Below, in pieces: positions 17,818-25,653 of a DNA stretch of 37,618 bases. The stretch is from IMG/VR virus record IMGVR_UViG_3300033407_000067, positions 1-37,618 of that record. One strand, written 5' to 3'. The position numbers and the translations under genes are program-made. Position 1 is the stretch's first letter; the number at the start of each line of letters is the position of its first letter. A model generated the notes under the pieces. The model did not search any database. It was given only the letters and a program-made list of their open reading frames with translations, and was not told where the DNA came from. The stretch is from a virus (Duplodnaviria; Caudoviricetes).

Positions 17818-18939
17818 ATGGCCCGCCCGGAGGTAACGCAGGCCCCCGTACTCGTCGTCGCGGCTCCTGACGCGCAGACGCAGGTAACACAGGCCCCCGT
17901 ACTCGTCGTCGCGGCTCCTGAGGCTCCTGACGCGCAGACGCAGGTAACGCAGGCCCCCGTCCTGGTGCTCGGTGAGATCATCGAAAACGAGGTACGTGTC
18001 ACACAGGCCCCGGTCCTGGTCATTACCGGTTTTGATGCTCAGGTACGTGTCACACAGGCCCCCGCCCTGGTGCTCGCAGACTGGTCCCCGTGTTTCGCGC
18101 AGCAGGCCACCGTGTGGATTATCACGAGGACCGACGGCGAGGTATACGGTTTTACGGACCACGACCAGACGCTGACGTTCCGCGGCGTGTCCTGCAAACC
18201 GTGCGACTCGGTCAGTGGCTCGGCCGTTCAGCTGTCGGCGATCGTCGGGCAGTCCGGCAGCGTCGAGCTACGGGGTATCCTGGCATCTGGGGGCGTCGAC
18301 GAGGTCGAGCTGTACAGCGGCCTGTTCGACGGGGCGAAACTAGAGGTATGGCTAGTCCCGTGGGGCGATAACGAGACGGGCGAGATACCGCGGCGATTGA
18401 TGGGCGGGACCACCGGTGACAGCACGCAGGGCGAGATCAGTTTCTCACAGGAGATCCTGTCGGATCAGCAGTACCTGCAGCAGCACGCCCTGCCCGAAAC
18501 GTACACTGCCGATTGCCCATATGAGTTCGGCAACTCCAATGACTCACGCTGCCCGGTAGACCTCGGGCCACTCGTCGTATCCGGCAGTGTGACGGGGCTA
18601 GCCGTGCCTGACGCGATGACGAATTCCACACGGCGGATTTTCACGGATTCAACCCGTGTCGAGGCGGACCGCGAGTTTGAGCTCGGTCAGATCACGTGGA
18701 CCAGCGGCGACAATGCGGGGCAGACGTCATTCGTGAAGGATTTTTCGGGCGGCGCGTTCGTCCTGTGGGAGCCTCTGTTCTACCCGATCGAAATCGGCGA
18801 CGGTTACGACGCGACGCCCGGATGTGCGAAGACAAAATCTGCGCACCTGACGTACAACGCCGATCTGGTTGATTTCGGTGGGTACCCGGACATCCCCGGT
18901 ACCGACGCATTCAGGAGGGCACCAGATGCCAAAGAATGA
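17818..18939 (+). CDS. Baseplate hub protein, DUF2163/BR0599 type, with N-terminal repeats
   Basis: W.ITR.DG..YGFTDHD..L, GLFDGA, C...FG...RC.VDL, W.SG.NAG, GC.K, F.GYP.IPG. Confidence 0.85.
   Translation: MARPEVTQAPVLVVAAPDAQTQVTQAPVLVVAAPEAPDAQTQVTQAPVLVLGEIIENEVRVTQAPVLVITGFDAQVRVTQAPALVLADWSPCFAQQATVWIITRTDGEVYGFTDHDQTLTFRGVSCKPCDSVSGSAVQLSAIVGQSGSVELRGILASGGVDEVELYSGLFDGAKLEVWLVPWGDNETGEIPRRLMGGTTGDSTQGEISFSQEILSDQQYLQQHALPETYTADCPYEFGNSNDSRCPVDLGPLVVSGSVTGLAVPDAMTNSTRRIFTDSTRVEADREFELGQITWTSGDNAGQTSFVKDFSGGAFVLWEPLFYPIEIGDGYDATPGCAKTKSAHLTYNADLVDFGGYPDIPGTDAFRRAPDAKE
17830..18075 (+). repeat. Five coding repeats VTQAP[VA]LV[VLI]
   Basis: Core (acg/aca)caggcccc recurs five times; units 1 and 2 are near-identical (51 and 60 bp, the second with a 9-bp internal duplication). 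Confidence 0.9.
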
Positions 18940-19375
18940 CACGCTCCGTGACGCGATATGCGCCGAGGCCCGGCGCTGGCGGAAAACTCCGTACTGGCAC
19001 CAGGCCGCGCTGATCAGCGTGGGCGTCGACTGTGTCGGGCTGATCCGGGCCGTCGGTCACGCGTGCGGCGTGCTGGCGGATGACGCTGCGCAGTGGCGCC
19101 CGTTCGCGGCGTACAGCCGTCTTCCCCGCCCGGAGCGCATGGGCGAGGCGATGCGCACGTTCCTGCACGAGATCGACCCAGCGGATGTGCTGCCCGGAGA
19201 TATCCTGTGGATTCAATGGCGCGACGGGTTGCCGATGCATCTCGCGCTGTACCTCGGGGAAACGATCATCCACGCCCTGTACGATGTCGGGTTCGTCGCC
19301 GAGCATGGGTACTCTGCCGAGTGGCGCGAGCGCACGCACTCCGTGTGGCGGTACCCTGGGCTGGTTGGGCAATGA
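18926..19375 (+). CDS. NlpC/P60 tail-associated peptidase
   Basis: ARRW..TPY.HQA...GVDCVGLIR, PGDIL, HLALY, IIHA; AGGAGG RBS before ATG 18926. Confidence 0.9.
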   Translation: MPKNDTLRDAICAEARRWRKTPYWHQAALISVGVDCVGLIRAVGHACGVLADDAAQWRPFAAYSRLPRPERMGEAMRTFLHEIDPADVLPGDILWIQWRDGLPMHLALYLGETIIHALYDVGFVAEHGYSAEWRERTHSVWRYPGLVGQ

Positions 19376-21726
19376 GCGGATCTAGCGTCGGGCAGATCGT
19401 CGGCGGCGTAGTCGGCGGTGTCATCGGGTTTGTCTCGGGCGGTCCGGCCGGGGCGGTTAAGGGGTTTTCGATCGGCTACACCCTGGGCGGTATCATCAAC
19501 CCGCCGGACGGGCCGACGCTGGTCGGTCCGCGACTCGACGATCTGCGCGTTACCACGTCCACGTACGGCGCTGTTCAGGGGCTGGTGTACGGCCCGAAAA
19601 ACCGGGCATCGGGGAATGTCATCTGGTCAACCGGGCTAATCGAAGCGGTCAAAAAGAAAAAATCGGGTGGCAAGGGCGGCGGCGGGACGACCACGAAAAC
19701 GTACTCCTACTCCGTGTCGTTCGCGCTCCAGATCAACGCTCGGCCGAGTGCCCGGTTTAGCCGCATCTGGATGAATGGGAAACTAGTTTTCGACGCGGTC
19801 GGAATATCCCTGCCCGCCGTCGATCTAGTCAACGGGCAGCTGATCGACAAATCGTACGGTACTCATGTGGTTATGGACGAAGTCCGCTTCTGGCCTGGCT
19901 CCACCACCCAGATCGCAGACCCACTGATCGAGACATACCTCGGCGCGGGCGGGACCCCGGCGTTCCGTGGCCGGACGTACCTGACATTTAAAAATCTCCA
20001 GCTGGCGGATTTCGGCAACCAGATGCCGTACGCGATTGAGGTCGAACTGGTCGCAGACGAGGAGATAACCCTCGGGCAGGTCATACAGGACCTCACCGAT
20101 CGATCGGGCGTCGGTATCGTCAGCTGCGCGAACCACCGCGACCAGGTCGAGGGATATATGATCGGCGCGTCGATGTCCGTCTCTGCGGCCCTGGTCCCTC
20201 TCGCCACCGCGTATAATCTCGACATCGCCGAGCAGGGTGGACAGATCCGTTTCGTCAGCCGTCTGCGCGGGATGCGCGGGGTGATACCGACAGACGAGAT
20301 GGGCGGACGGGACGCAAACGCCGGGCCGATCGAGCCTGCACGGTACGCTAACCTCCGGTCGATCGGGCTACCGAAACAGGTCGCGCTCTCGTTCGCCGAC
20401 TCGGATTTCGACTACCAGACCAGCACCGTCAGCGCGATCCGGGATGGGGGGGACACGAGCAGTAAAACCGAGGTCGAGCTGGCACTGACACTGGATGCGG
20501 ACGCGGCGCGGCGTATCGCTGATCGGCTCCTGTGGGCGCCCTGGGCAGCTCGCCGCACCGTATCGTTCAGTACGTCCGACCAGTGGATGGGGCTAGAGGC
20601 GGGGGACTCAACCGGCGTACCGTTTGGCGAGCAGGCCCTCCCCTATAAAATCACGAGTAAAACCCGCGGTCATAATGGCGTCATCCAGTGGGAGGCGCAG
20701 CGGGATGACCACGAGATCTACAGCTCCGACGCGCTCGGGGCTGCGACGACGCTGCCGAGCAACGCCGTTGCGTTCCCCGGCGAGACTCGACTGCTGTTAC
20801 TCGACACTCCGATTTTCCGCGATCTGGACGACGACTCGGGGTTTTACTGGGCGGTCGATGCGGGGCAGTCTGGCTGGCGCGGCGCGTCAGTACAGCGATC
20901 GTCAGACGGCGGCGTGACGTACAACGAGTTGAGTGAGGCGTACCTGCGAGCCGAGACGGGCGACGTCGCGACCGCGATCGGGGATGGGCCGACAGCATCA
21001 TGGGATGACGGCAATGAGCTGGTCGTCGAGCTGCTCTACCCGAGCCATGCGCTCGAGTCCCTGTCCGACGAGGCGGTCCTGAGCGGCGGCAACGCGGCGT
21101 ACTACGGGCCAGCTGACGGGCAGGGCGGCGAGATCCTCCAGTTCGCGGACGCGACGTTGATCGCGACCAACACGTACCGGTTGACCAGGCTGTTGCGCGG
21201 GCGACTCGGCACCGAATCTGCAGTCGGCACGCACGGAGCTAACGAGGTATTTGTGGCTATAGCTCCGGATCGGATTAGCCGCTCGGATTTCGGCGCGGGC
21301 GACTGGGAGCGGGAGCGCCAGTATAAAGGCGTGTCAATTCTGACCGATATCGCGGACGCGACCGAACTCGATTTTACTAACGCCGGGGCGGGCAAAAAAC
21401 CGTACTCTGTGGTGCACCCCCTCGGGGTCCGGGACGGTAGTAATAACCTCACAATCACGTGGACGCGGCGATCCCGGTATCGTGCGCCCGGCCTGGGATA
21501 CGGTCCGGTCCCGCTGGGCGAGACGACCGAGCAGTATGAGATCGACATACTCGACAGTCCCGGGGGGACCGTACTGCGGACCATCACGGCGACCTCGGAG
21601 ACGGCGAGTTACACAGCGGCCCAGCAGACGACAGACGGGCTGACGCCGGGCGATTTAGTTGATATGGTAATCCACCAAATGAGTGACAGTATTGGGCGGG
21701 GTTTCCCCCGCGTAGCGAGGATATGA
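19372..21726 (+). CDS. Tail tip / host-specificity protein (GTA gp15-like, Phage-tail_3)
   Basis: Gly-rich N-terminus, GPRLDDL.V..S.YG, GNVIW, GGKGGG, PAFRG, LADFGN..P, LLRGRLGTE, WTRRSR; ATGA-coupled start 19372. Confidence 0.88.
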   Translation: MSGSSVGQIVGGVVGGVIGFVSGGPAGAVKGFSIGYTLGGIINPPDGPTLVGPRLDDLRVTTSTYGAVQGLVYGPKNRASGNVIWSTGLIEAVKKKKSGGKGGGGTTTKTYSYSVSFALQINARPSARFSRIWMNGKLVFDAVGISLPAVDLVNGQLIDKSYGTHVVMDEVRFWPGSTTQIADPLIETYLGAGGTPAFRGRTYLTFKNLQLADFGNQMPYAIEVELVADEEITLGQVIQDLTDRSGVGIVSCANHRDQVEGYMIGASMSVSAALVPLATAYNLDIAEQGGQIRFVSRLRGMRGVIPTDEMGGRDANAGPIEPARYANLRSIGLPKQVALSFADSDFDYQTSTVSAIRDGGDTSSKTEVELALTLDADAARRIADRLLWAPWAARRTVSFSTSDQWMGLEAGDSTGVPFGEQALPYKITSKTRGHNGVIQWEAQRDDHEIYSSDALGAATTLPSNAVAFPGETRLLLLDTPIFRDLDDDSGFYWAVDAGQSGWRGASVQRSSDGGVTYNELSEAYLRAETGDVATAIGDGPTASWDDGNELVVELLYPSHALESLSDEAVLSGGNAAYYGPADGQGGEILQFADATLIATNTYRLTRLLRGRLGTESAVGTHGANEVFVAIAPDRISRSDFGAGDWERERQYKGVSILTDIADATELDFTNAGAGKKPYSVVHPLGVRDGSNNLTITWTRRSRYRAPGLGYGPVPLGETTEQYEIDILDSPGGTVLRTITATSETASYTAAQQTTDGLTPGDLVDMVIHQMSDSIGRGFPRVARI

Positions 21727-21926
21727 CAATGCCACAGCAGGTACCATTGCGGGTACTGGCCCGCGCCACCGACCGCCACGGCGAGGACGTCCCCATAACG
21801 GACGTACGGCACATGCCGATGGGCAGGATCGGGGAGGGCGGCAGCATCTCGGTGCTGTTTGTAGGCGGAGAGCGTTTCGCCGCCCGAGCATTCGTGATCA
21901 AAAATCGCGAGTTGGTGGAGGTGTAA
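21723..21926 (+). CDS. Small hypothetical protein
   Basis: ATGA-coupled to the tip gene, fills the gap and supplies the RBS for the next gene. Confidence 0.55.
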   Translation: MTMPQQVPLRVLARATDRHGEDVPITDVRHMPMGRIGEGGSISVLFVGGERFAARAFVIKNRELVEV

Positions 21927-21929
21927 CCC

Positions 21930-22331
21930 ATGACGACAACTGCGGATCTGGGATTGCCGGAGATCGCATCCCAGCAGAGCCAGCCTGAGGTAACCCATAA
22001 TGAGGCGCTGCTGCTGCTGCAGGCGCTGCTCAACGGGGCTGCGTCGATCGGTGATAACACCCCGCCCGGTAGCCCGAGCGCGGGGGACATCTATGTCCTC
22101 GGCACATCCCCGACAGGGGCATGGGCGGGCCGGGCGAACTGTATCGCGATCTACTCCGGGACCGCGTGGGATTTCATCCCGGGCGAGGACGACGCGGGGA
22201 CGCCGATTACAATGGGCGCACGGCAGGCGGGTATGCGGGCCTGGGTCCGCGATGTGCGGGCTCTGTACATCTGGACGGACACCGGCGCCAGCCCCGCGGA
22301 TTATGCGTGGGTCGACTACGCGACGTTGTAA
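21930..22331 (+). CDS. DUF2793-like tail fibre/adaptor protein
   Basis: LGLP.I...QSQ.EVTHNEAL..L.AL, PP.SP..GD.Y, PTGAWAG, W.F; GGAGG RBS. Confidence 0.85.
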   Translation: MTTTADLGLPEIASQQSQPEVTHNEALLLLQALLNGAASIGDNTPPGSPSAGDIYVLGTSPTGAWAGRANCIAIYSGTAWDFIPGEDDAGTPITMGARQAGMRAWVRDVRALYIWTDTGASPADYAWVDYATL

Positions 22332-22352
22332 AAAAAAAACCCGCAGCGCGGG
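22330..22352 (-). terminator. Probable intrinsic terminator for leftward transcripts
   Basis: A10 followed by CCCGC-agc-GCGGG, i.e. a GC hairpin plus U-tract on the - strand, at the convergence of two operons; stem is only 5 bp. Confidence 0.55.
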
Positions 22353-22381
22353 GCATACGGGCGAAGGGGGGGTTTCGGGGG

Positions 22382-22492
22382 CTACAGCGCGTTAGTCAGA
22401 GTGCCGATCAGAGTGCCGATGAACCCGGCGGCAAACACCCCGATTGATAAGGCGACGTACAGAATCGCGGCGCCTGCGAGTTTGGATTTCAT
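22382..22492 (-). CDS. 36-aa single-pass membrane peptide (not in ORF track)
   Basis: MKSKLAGAAILYVALSIGVFAAGFIGTLIGTLTNAL; GAGG RBS 7 nt upstream. Confidence 0.6.
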   Translation of the reverse strand: MKSKLAGAAILYVALSIGVFAAGFIGTLIGTLTNAL

Positions 22493-22512
22493 AGTCGTAC
22501 CTCGAATGTGGG

Positions 22513-22542
22513 CATGAATGGGTCATCAGCGACCCATTCATG
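22513..22542. repeat. Perfect 12-bp inverted repeat with 6-nt loop
   Basis: CATGAATGGGTC-atcagc-GACCCATTCATG, intergenic, no U-tract. Confidence 0.85.
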
Positions 22543-22614
22543 GGCGGTCTGTGTACGTTCATCTACCGCTCCGGCCAGTACGCCCCGTCCGAACCCGGCG
22601 GCGGACCTCCATTT

Positions 22615-22827
22615 TCAGTCCTCCCCGTTGGCCCTGCGCGCATCGTCGATCAGCATACGGCGCTGCACGTCCAGCTCGGCGGCGTGCGGGACGCTAGAGT
22701 AAAACGAAAATTGTGAGCCGTCCGCACGCTGGGCTCGCCACATACCGGTGCGAAAACCGCAGCGGCCCGCAGGCCCCCCAAACACGTCTACGTCTGTGAT
22801 GGGGCTGGAGTAGATGTTAATGTTCAT
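22615..22827 (-). CDS. Hypothetical protein, first gene after the leftward promoter
   Basis: 70 aa, AGGAG RBS, downstream of a consensus-like promoter. Confidence 0.65.
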   Translation of the reverse strand: MNINIYSSPITDVDVFGGPAGRCGFRTGMWRAQRADGSQFSFYSSVPHAAELDVQRRMLIDDARRANGED

Positions 22828-22879
22828 GGCTCTGTATCTCCTGTAACAATGTGTGGGTCATCTCTGTGTCTACAACTAC

Positions 22880-22908
22880 AGTATCGGCGCTAGGGTGTTG
22901 ACTGTCAA
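22880..22908 (-). promoter_or_regulatory. Sigma70-type leftward promoter 1
   Basis: TTGACA-17 nt-GATACT on the - strand; spacer shared with the promoter at 28408-28436. Confidence 0.75.
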
Positions 22909-23019
22909 TAGAGGATCGAAAATATTTTTCGACCCGGACGCTGGCACGGGTCCTAGCGTTGCACTCGGCGGCTATCTCCACCGCTGTCCTGATATGCGGT
23001 ACGCCGCGTGGCGTACCGA

Positions 23020-23142
23020 TCAGCCATTGTGGTCATCGCGCAGGCCCCCCACGCAGACGACGATGCCCGCAGCGCAGACCAGCAGCGGGATGATCCCAGG
23101 CTGCACGTACACTAGGGGTGCGAGCGCTATCATAGCTGCCAT
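23020..23142 (-). CDS. 40-aa hydrophobic membrane peptide
   Basis: MAAMIALAPLVYVQPGIIPLLVCAAGIVVCVGGLRDDHNG; GGAGG RBS at the end of the upstream gene. Confidence 0.5.
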   Translation of the reverse strand: MAAMIALAPLVYVQPGIIPLLVCAAGIVVCVGGLRDDHNG

Positions 23143-23144
23143 GC

Positions 23145-23411
23145 TCAGTCCTCCACGGTCCAGTCGCGATCCCGCACCAGCGCACGCAGCTCCGCGAGAT
23201 CCTCCGCCGGGATGCACAGCCGCACCCGCAGCATGTCCGCCTCCTGCAGCAGGCGCGTCACAACCGCATGCAGCCGCTGGCGCGAGCACCCGATATCCGC
23301 AGCGACCTCGCTGAGTCCCTCCCGCTCGACGAGCACGCGCTGAGCCGCGGCCAGCATCCTAACGTTGATTTTTGTGGACGCCGCCACCTCGAGAAACTGT
23401 CGCTCTTTCAT
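23145..23411 (-). CDS. KorA/TrfB-like HTH transcriptional regulator
   Basis: QF.......I...ML.AA.RVLVE...LSEVAADIGCSRQRL..VV.R helix-turn-helix plus RVRLCIP dimerisation-like strand; start 1 nt after polymerase stop. Confidence 0.65.
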   Translation of the reverse strand: MKERQFLEVAASTKINVRMLAAAQRVLVEREGLSEVAADIGCSRQRLHAVVTRLLQEADMLRVRLCIPAEDLAELRALVRDRDWTVED

Positions 23412-23412
23412 G

Positions 23413-25653
23413 TCATTCTTTCCTGTACCGTTTGCCTGCCCAGCCACCCGACGCCCTGATCGGCCATCCCTCGGCCCAGCTCGGCATGACGCCCATCAAC
23501 CGCTCTAACTCCTCTACCGAACCGTACCCCTCTGGTACCTCAGCCACAATTTCGTCGTAGATGCGCAGCACCGTCGGGTAGTGGTGGTCCGCTAACCGCA
23601 GTATGGCATCGCGCAGGATGTCCCGCGCCGTCGCCTGCACGACGTTTTCGCACAGCGACCCCCCGTACGTCTCGATCCGAGTCCAGCCCCGTTCGCCCTT
23701 CGCCGGATTTTTGTTATTCGACATGTACGATATTTGCCAGTCCGTTGCACGTTTACGCGTCCCGAGATCGAGCCGCGCCTGGTGGTACGTCAACCGCCGT
23801 CCGGACGGTAGCTCTATATACATCGTGTCCGCCTCGGAAAATACCCGTACATCACGATCGGCGCCGAGCGTTATGCTAGTGCCGGGGTTGCCGATGACCG
23901 ACACCGCCGCGCCCTCCAGCCCGTACCGCTCGGGTTGCCCGTTGCGCACCTGGCCGCCCCAGAATTCCACGATATGTGGCGACGCGTCACGCCACGCCAG
24001 TACCAGCCGTCTAACCGCGTCGTCGTCGAGAGTCCCGGATTTATCAAACTGCCGCCACGCGCCGATCCAGCCGCCGAACCCGAGACCCAGCTCCGCCGGT
24101 TTGCCGATTTTCTGCCGGTCCGCGTGGTTTTCGCCGTGCTCGACCCGGTAAGCCGCGTACTCGTCGTAGCTGGTACCGGTGATCCGGGACGCCGAGCGTA
24201 GATATATATCGTCACCGCGGGCAAACGCATCGAGCCGCCACTGCTCGCCCGCCAGCGCCGCGGTTACGACCGCCTCGATCGCGGTATAGTCGCTACTGAT
24301 AAACTGGTGCCCCGGCGCGGCGATAAACAGCCCTCGGATGCAGCCCGCGATCGTCAGCAGCGCATCGCCGAAAAACTGCTCGACCAGGTCCAGATCGCCG
24401 AGCGCCATGAGCCGAATCGCGTGGTCCACCGCCTCGACGCTCCACGATCGCTCCACGGCGAACGCCGCGTCGGTGTCACACCAGGGGCACCGAGGGCGAC
24501 GGTGGTAGTACGGGCGCGAGCAACACTCGCACCATAGCAACCGCGGCCCATTTCTCGGCATATTGAGGGGCTGCGGCCCAGTACCGGTGTCGCGGCCCGT
24601 CCGTGCCCCGTGGTAAATCGTCAGATCGTGCAGGCGCCCATCGTCAGCGGTCTGCGCCCGGATAGCGTACAGTTTTTTGACACTGGCGGACCCGATCAGC
24701 TGGCGGATCTCCAGAGCGCGGCGGCACTGCGGCGGCAGATCGTCCCGAGCCAAGTAAGACTCGATGTGCTCGGCGTCGAGCGAGGTAACCCCCGCGCCAT
24801 TTGCGAGCAGCCATCCGGTGAGTTGCTGAATCTCAGACGCCTTTATGCCCGCGGTGATCAGTGCCAACTCGCTGTTGTACCGTGCGAACGCCTGCTCCAT
24901 GATCGCAATGCAGTAATCCACGGCGGGGATGTCGATGCCCACGCCGCGGGCGTTCGACAGCAAATCGTACTGCCAGAACCGCAGCTCCTGCTCGCACAGG
25001 TCTGGTATCCGCGTGGACGCCTCGTGCTCCGTGATGACATCCGTGTCGCAGTAATCGATAAACGGTGCGGCCCGGTCCGGGTGGTCCGCCATCCGGTTAC
25101 GGACCGCACCGCCGTTGCTTTTCGTGGGGTTGACAGGCACGGAGAAAAATTTGATCAGTGCGTCCCCGGCCTTGTCCTTCCTCTTGGCCAGACCCAGCGC
25201 GTCACCGAGCAGGCCCAGTGCGCCCGGCAGACAGTGCGCCCGCGCCTTCGCAGCGGAGCACCGCATCTGGTCGAGGCGCAGTTCGGGCCAGCCCAGTTTA
25301 ACAGCGCAGACGTACGTCCAGATATACCACTCGAATAGCGCGTTGTGCGCCTCGACCAGACCGCCGCCGCCGCCGCCGCGAACGTGCGCGAACAGGGGGT
25401 CCAGCACGTCCATGGGCTGACCCGGCTGCCAGCGGTATACCCAGCCCGCGGGGCCTCGGTACGAAACGGTCAGCACCTCGGTTAGCGGGTGGCGAGCGTA
25501 CTTAAACGCCCCCACAGCGAATAGCCCTCGCTTCTGAGCGTTCAGGCCGTGCGGCGCACGCCATTTCTGGGCGGCGGCGTCCCACTCGAACCCCGCGGGA
25601 CTGTACGTCTCGAAATCGAGCGTTACGACTGAGTGGGACGCCGCCGCCATCAC
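23413..25653 (-). CDS. DNA polymerase family A (APSE-like) with 3'-5' exonuclease
   Basis: ExoI DFETYS, AHNALFE, YC.TDV; HGARTGR, motif A DYTAIEA, motif B RQKIGKPAELGLGFGG, ENVVQATARD, motif C IYDEIV. Confidence 0.93.
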   Translation of the reverse strand: MMAAASHSVVTLDFETYSPAGFEWDAAAQKWRAPHGLNAQKRGLFAVGAFKYARHPLTEVLTVSYRGPAGWVYRWQPGQPMDVLDPLFAHVRGGGGGGLVEAHNALFEWYIWTYVCAVKLGWPELRLDQMRCSAAKARAHCLPGALGLLGDALGLAKRKDKAGDALIKFFSVPVNPTKSNGGAVRNRMADHPDRAAPFIDYCDTDVITEHEASTRIPDLCEQELRFWQYDLLSNARGVGIDIPAVDYCIAIMEQAFARYNSELALITAGIKASEIQQLTGWLLANGAGVTSLDAEHIESYLARDDLPPQCRRALEIRQLIGSASVKKLYAIRAQTADDGRLHDLTIYHGARTGRDTGTGPQPLNMPRNGPRLLWCECCSRPYYHRRPRCPWCDTDAAFAVERSWSVEAVDHAIRLMALGDLDLVEQFFGDALLTIAGCIRGLFIAAPGHQFISSDYTAIEAVVTAALAGEQWRLDAFARGDDIYLRSASRITGTSYDEYAAYRVEHGENHADRQKIGKPAELGLGFGGWIGAWRQFDKSGTLDDDAVRRLVLAWRDASPHIVEFWGGQVRNGQPERYGLEGAAVSVIGNPGTSITLGADRDVRVFSEADTMYIELPSGRRLTYHQARLDLGTRKRATDWQISYMSNNKNPAKGERGWTRIETYGGSLCENVVQATARDILRDAILRLADHHYPTVLRIYDEIVAEVPEGYGSVEELERLMGVMPSWAEGWPIRASGGWAGKRYRKE

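Noticed and set aside
3361-19371. Long N-terminal extensions in ORF-track calls (starts 3361, 6914, 9652, 10712, 11605, 11772, 18869, 19093)
   Set aside because: They overlap upstream genes heavily; downstream starts with an RBS or ATGA/TAATG coupling fit the family N-termini
22513-22542. Hammerhead ribozyme (CUGAUGA on the - strand)
   Set aside because: No GAAA core or three-stem junction; only a simple hairpin
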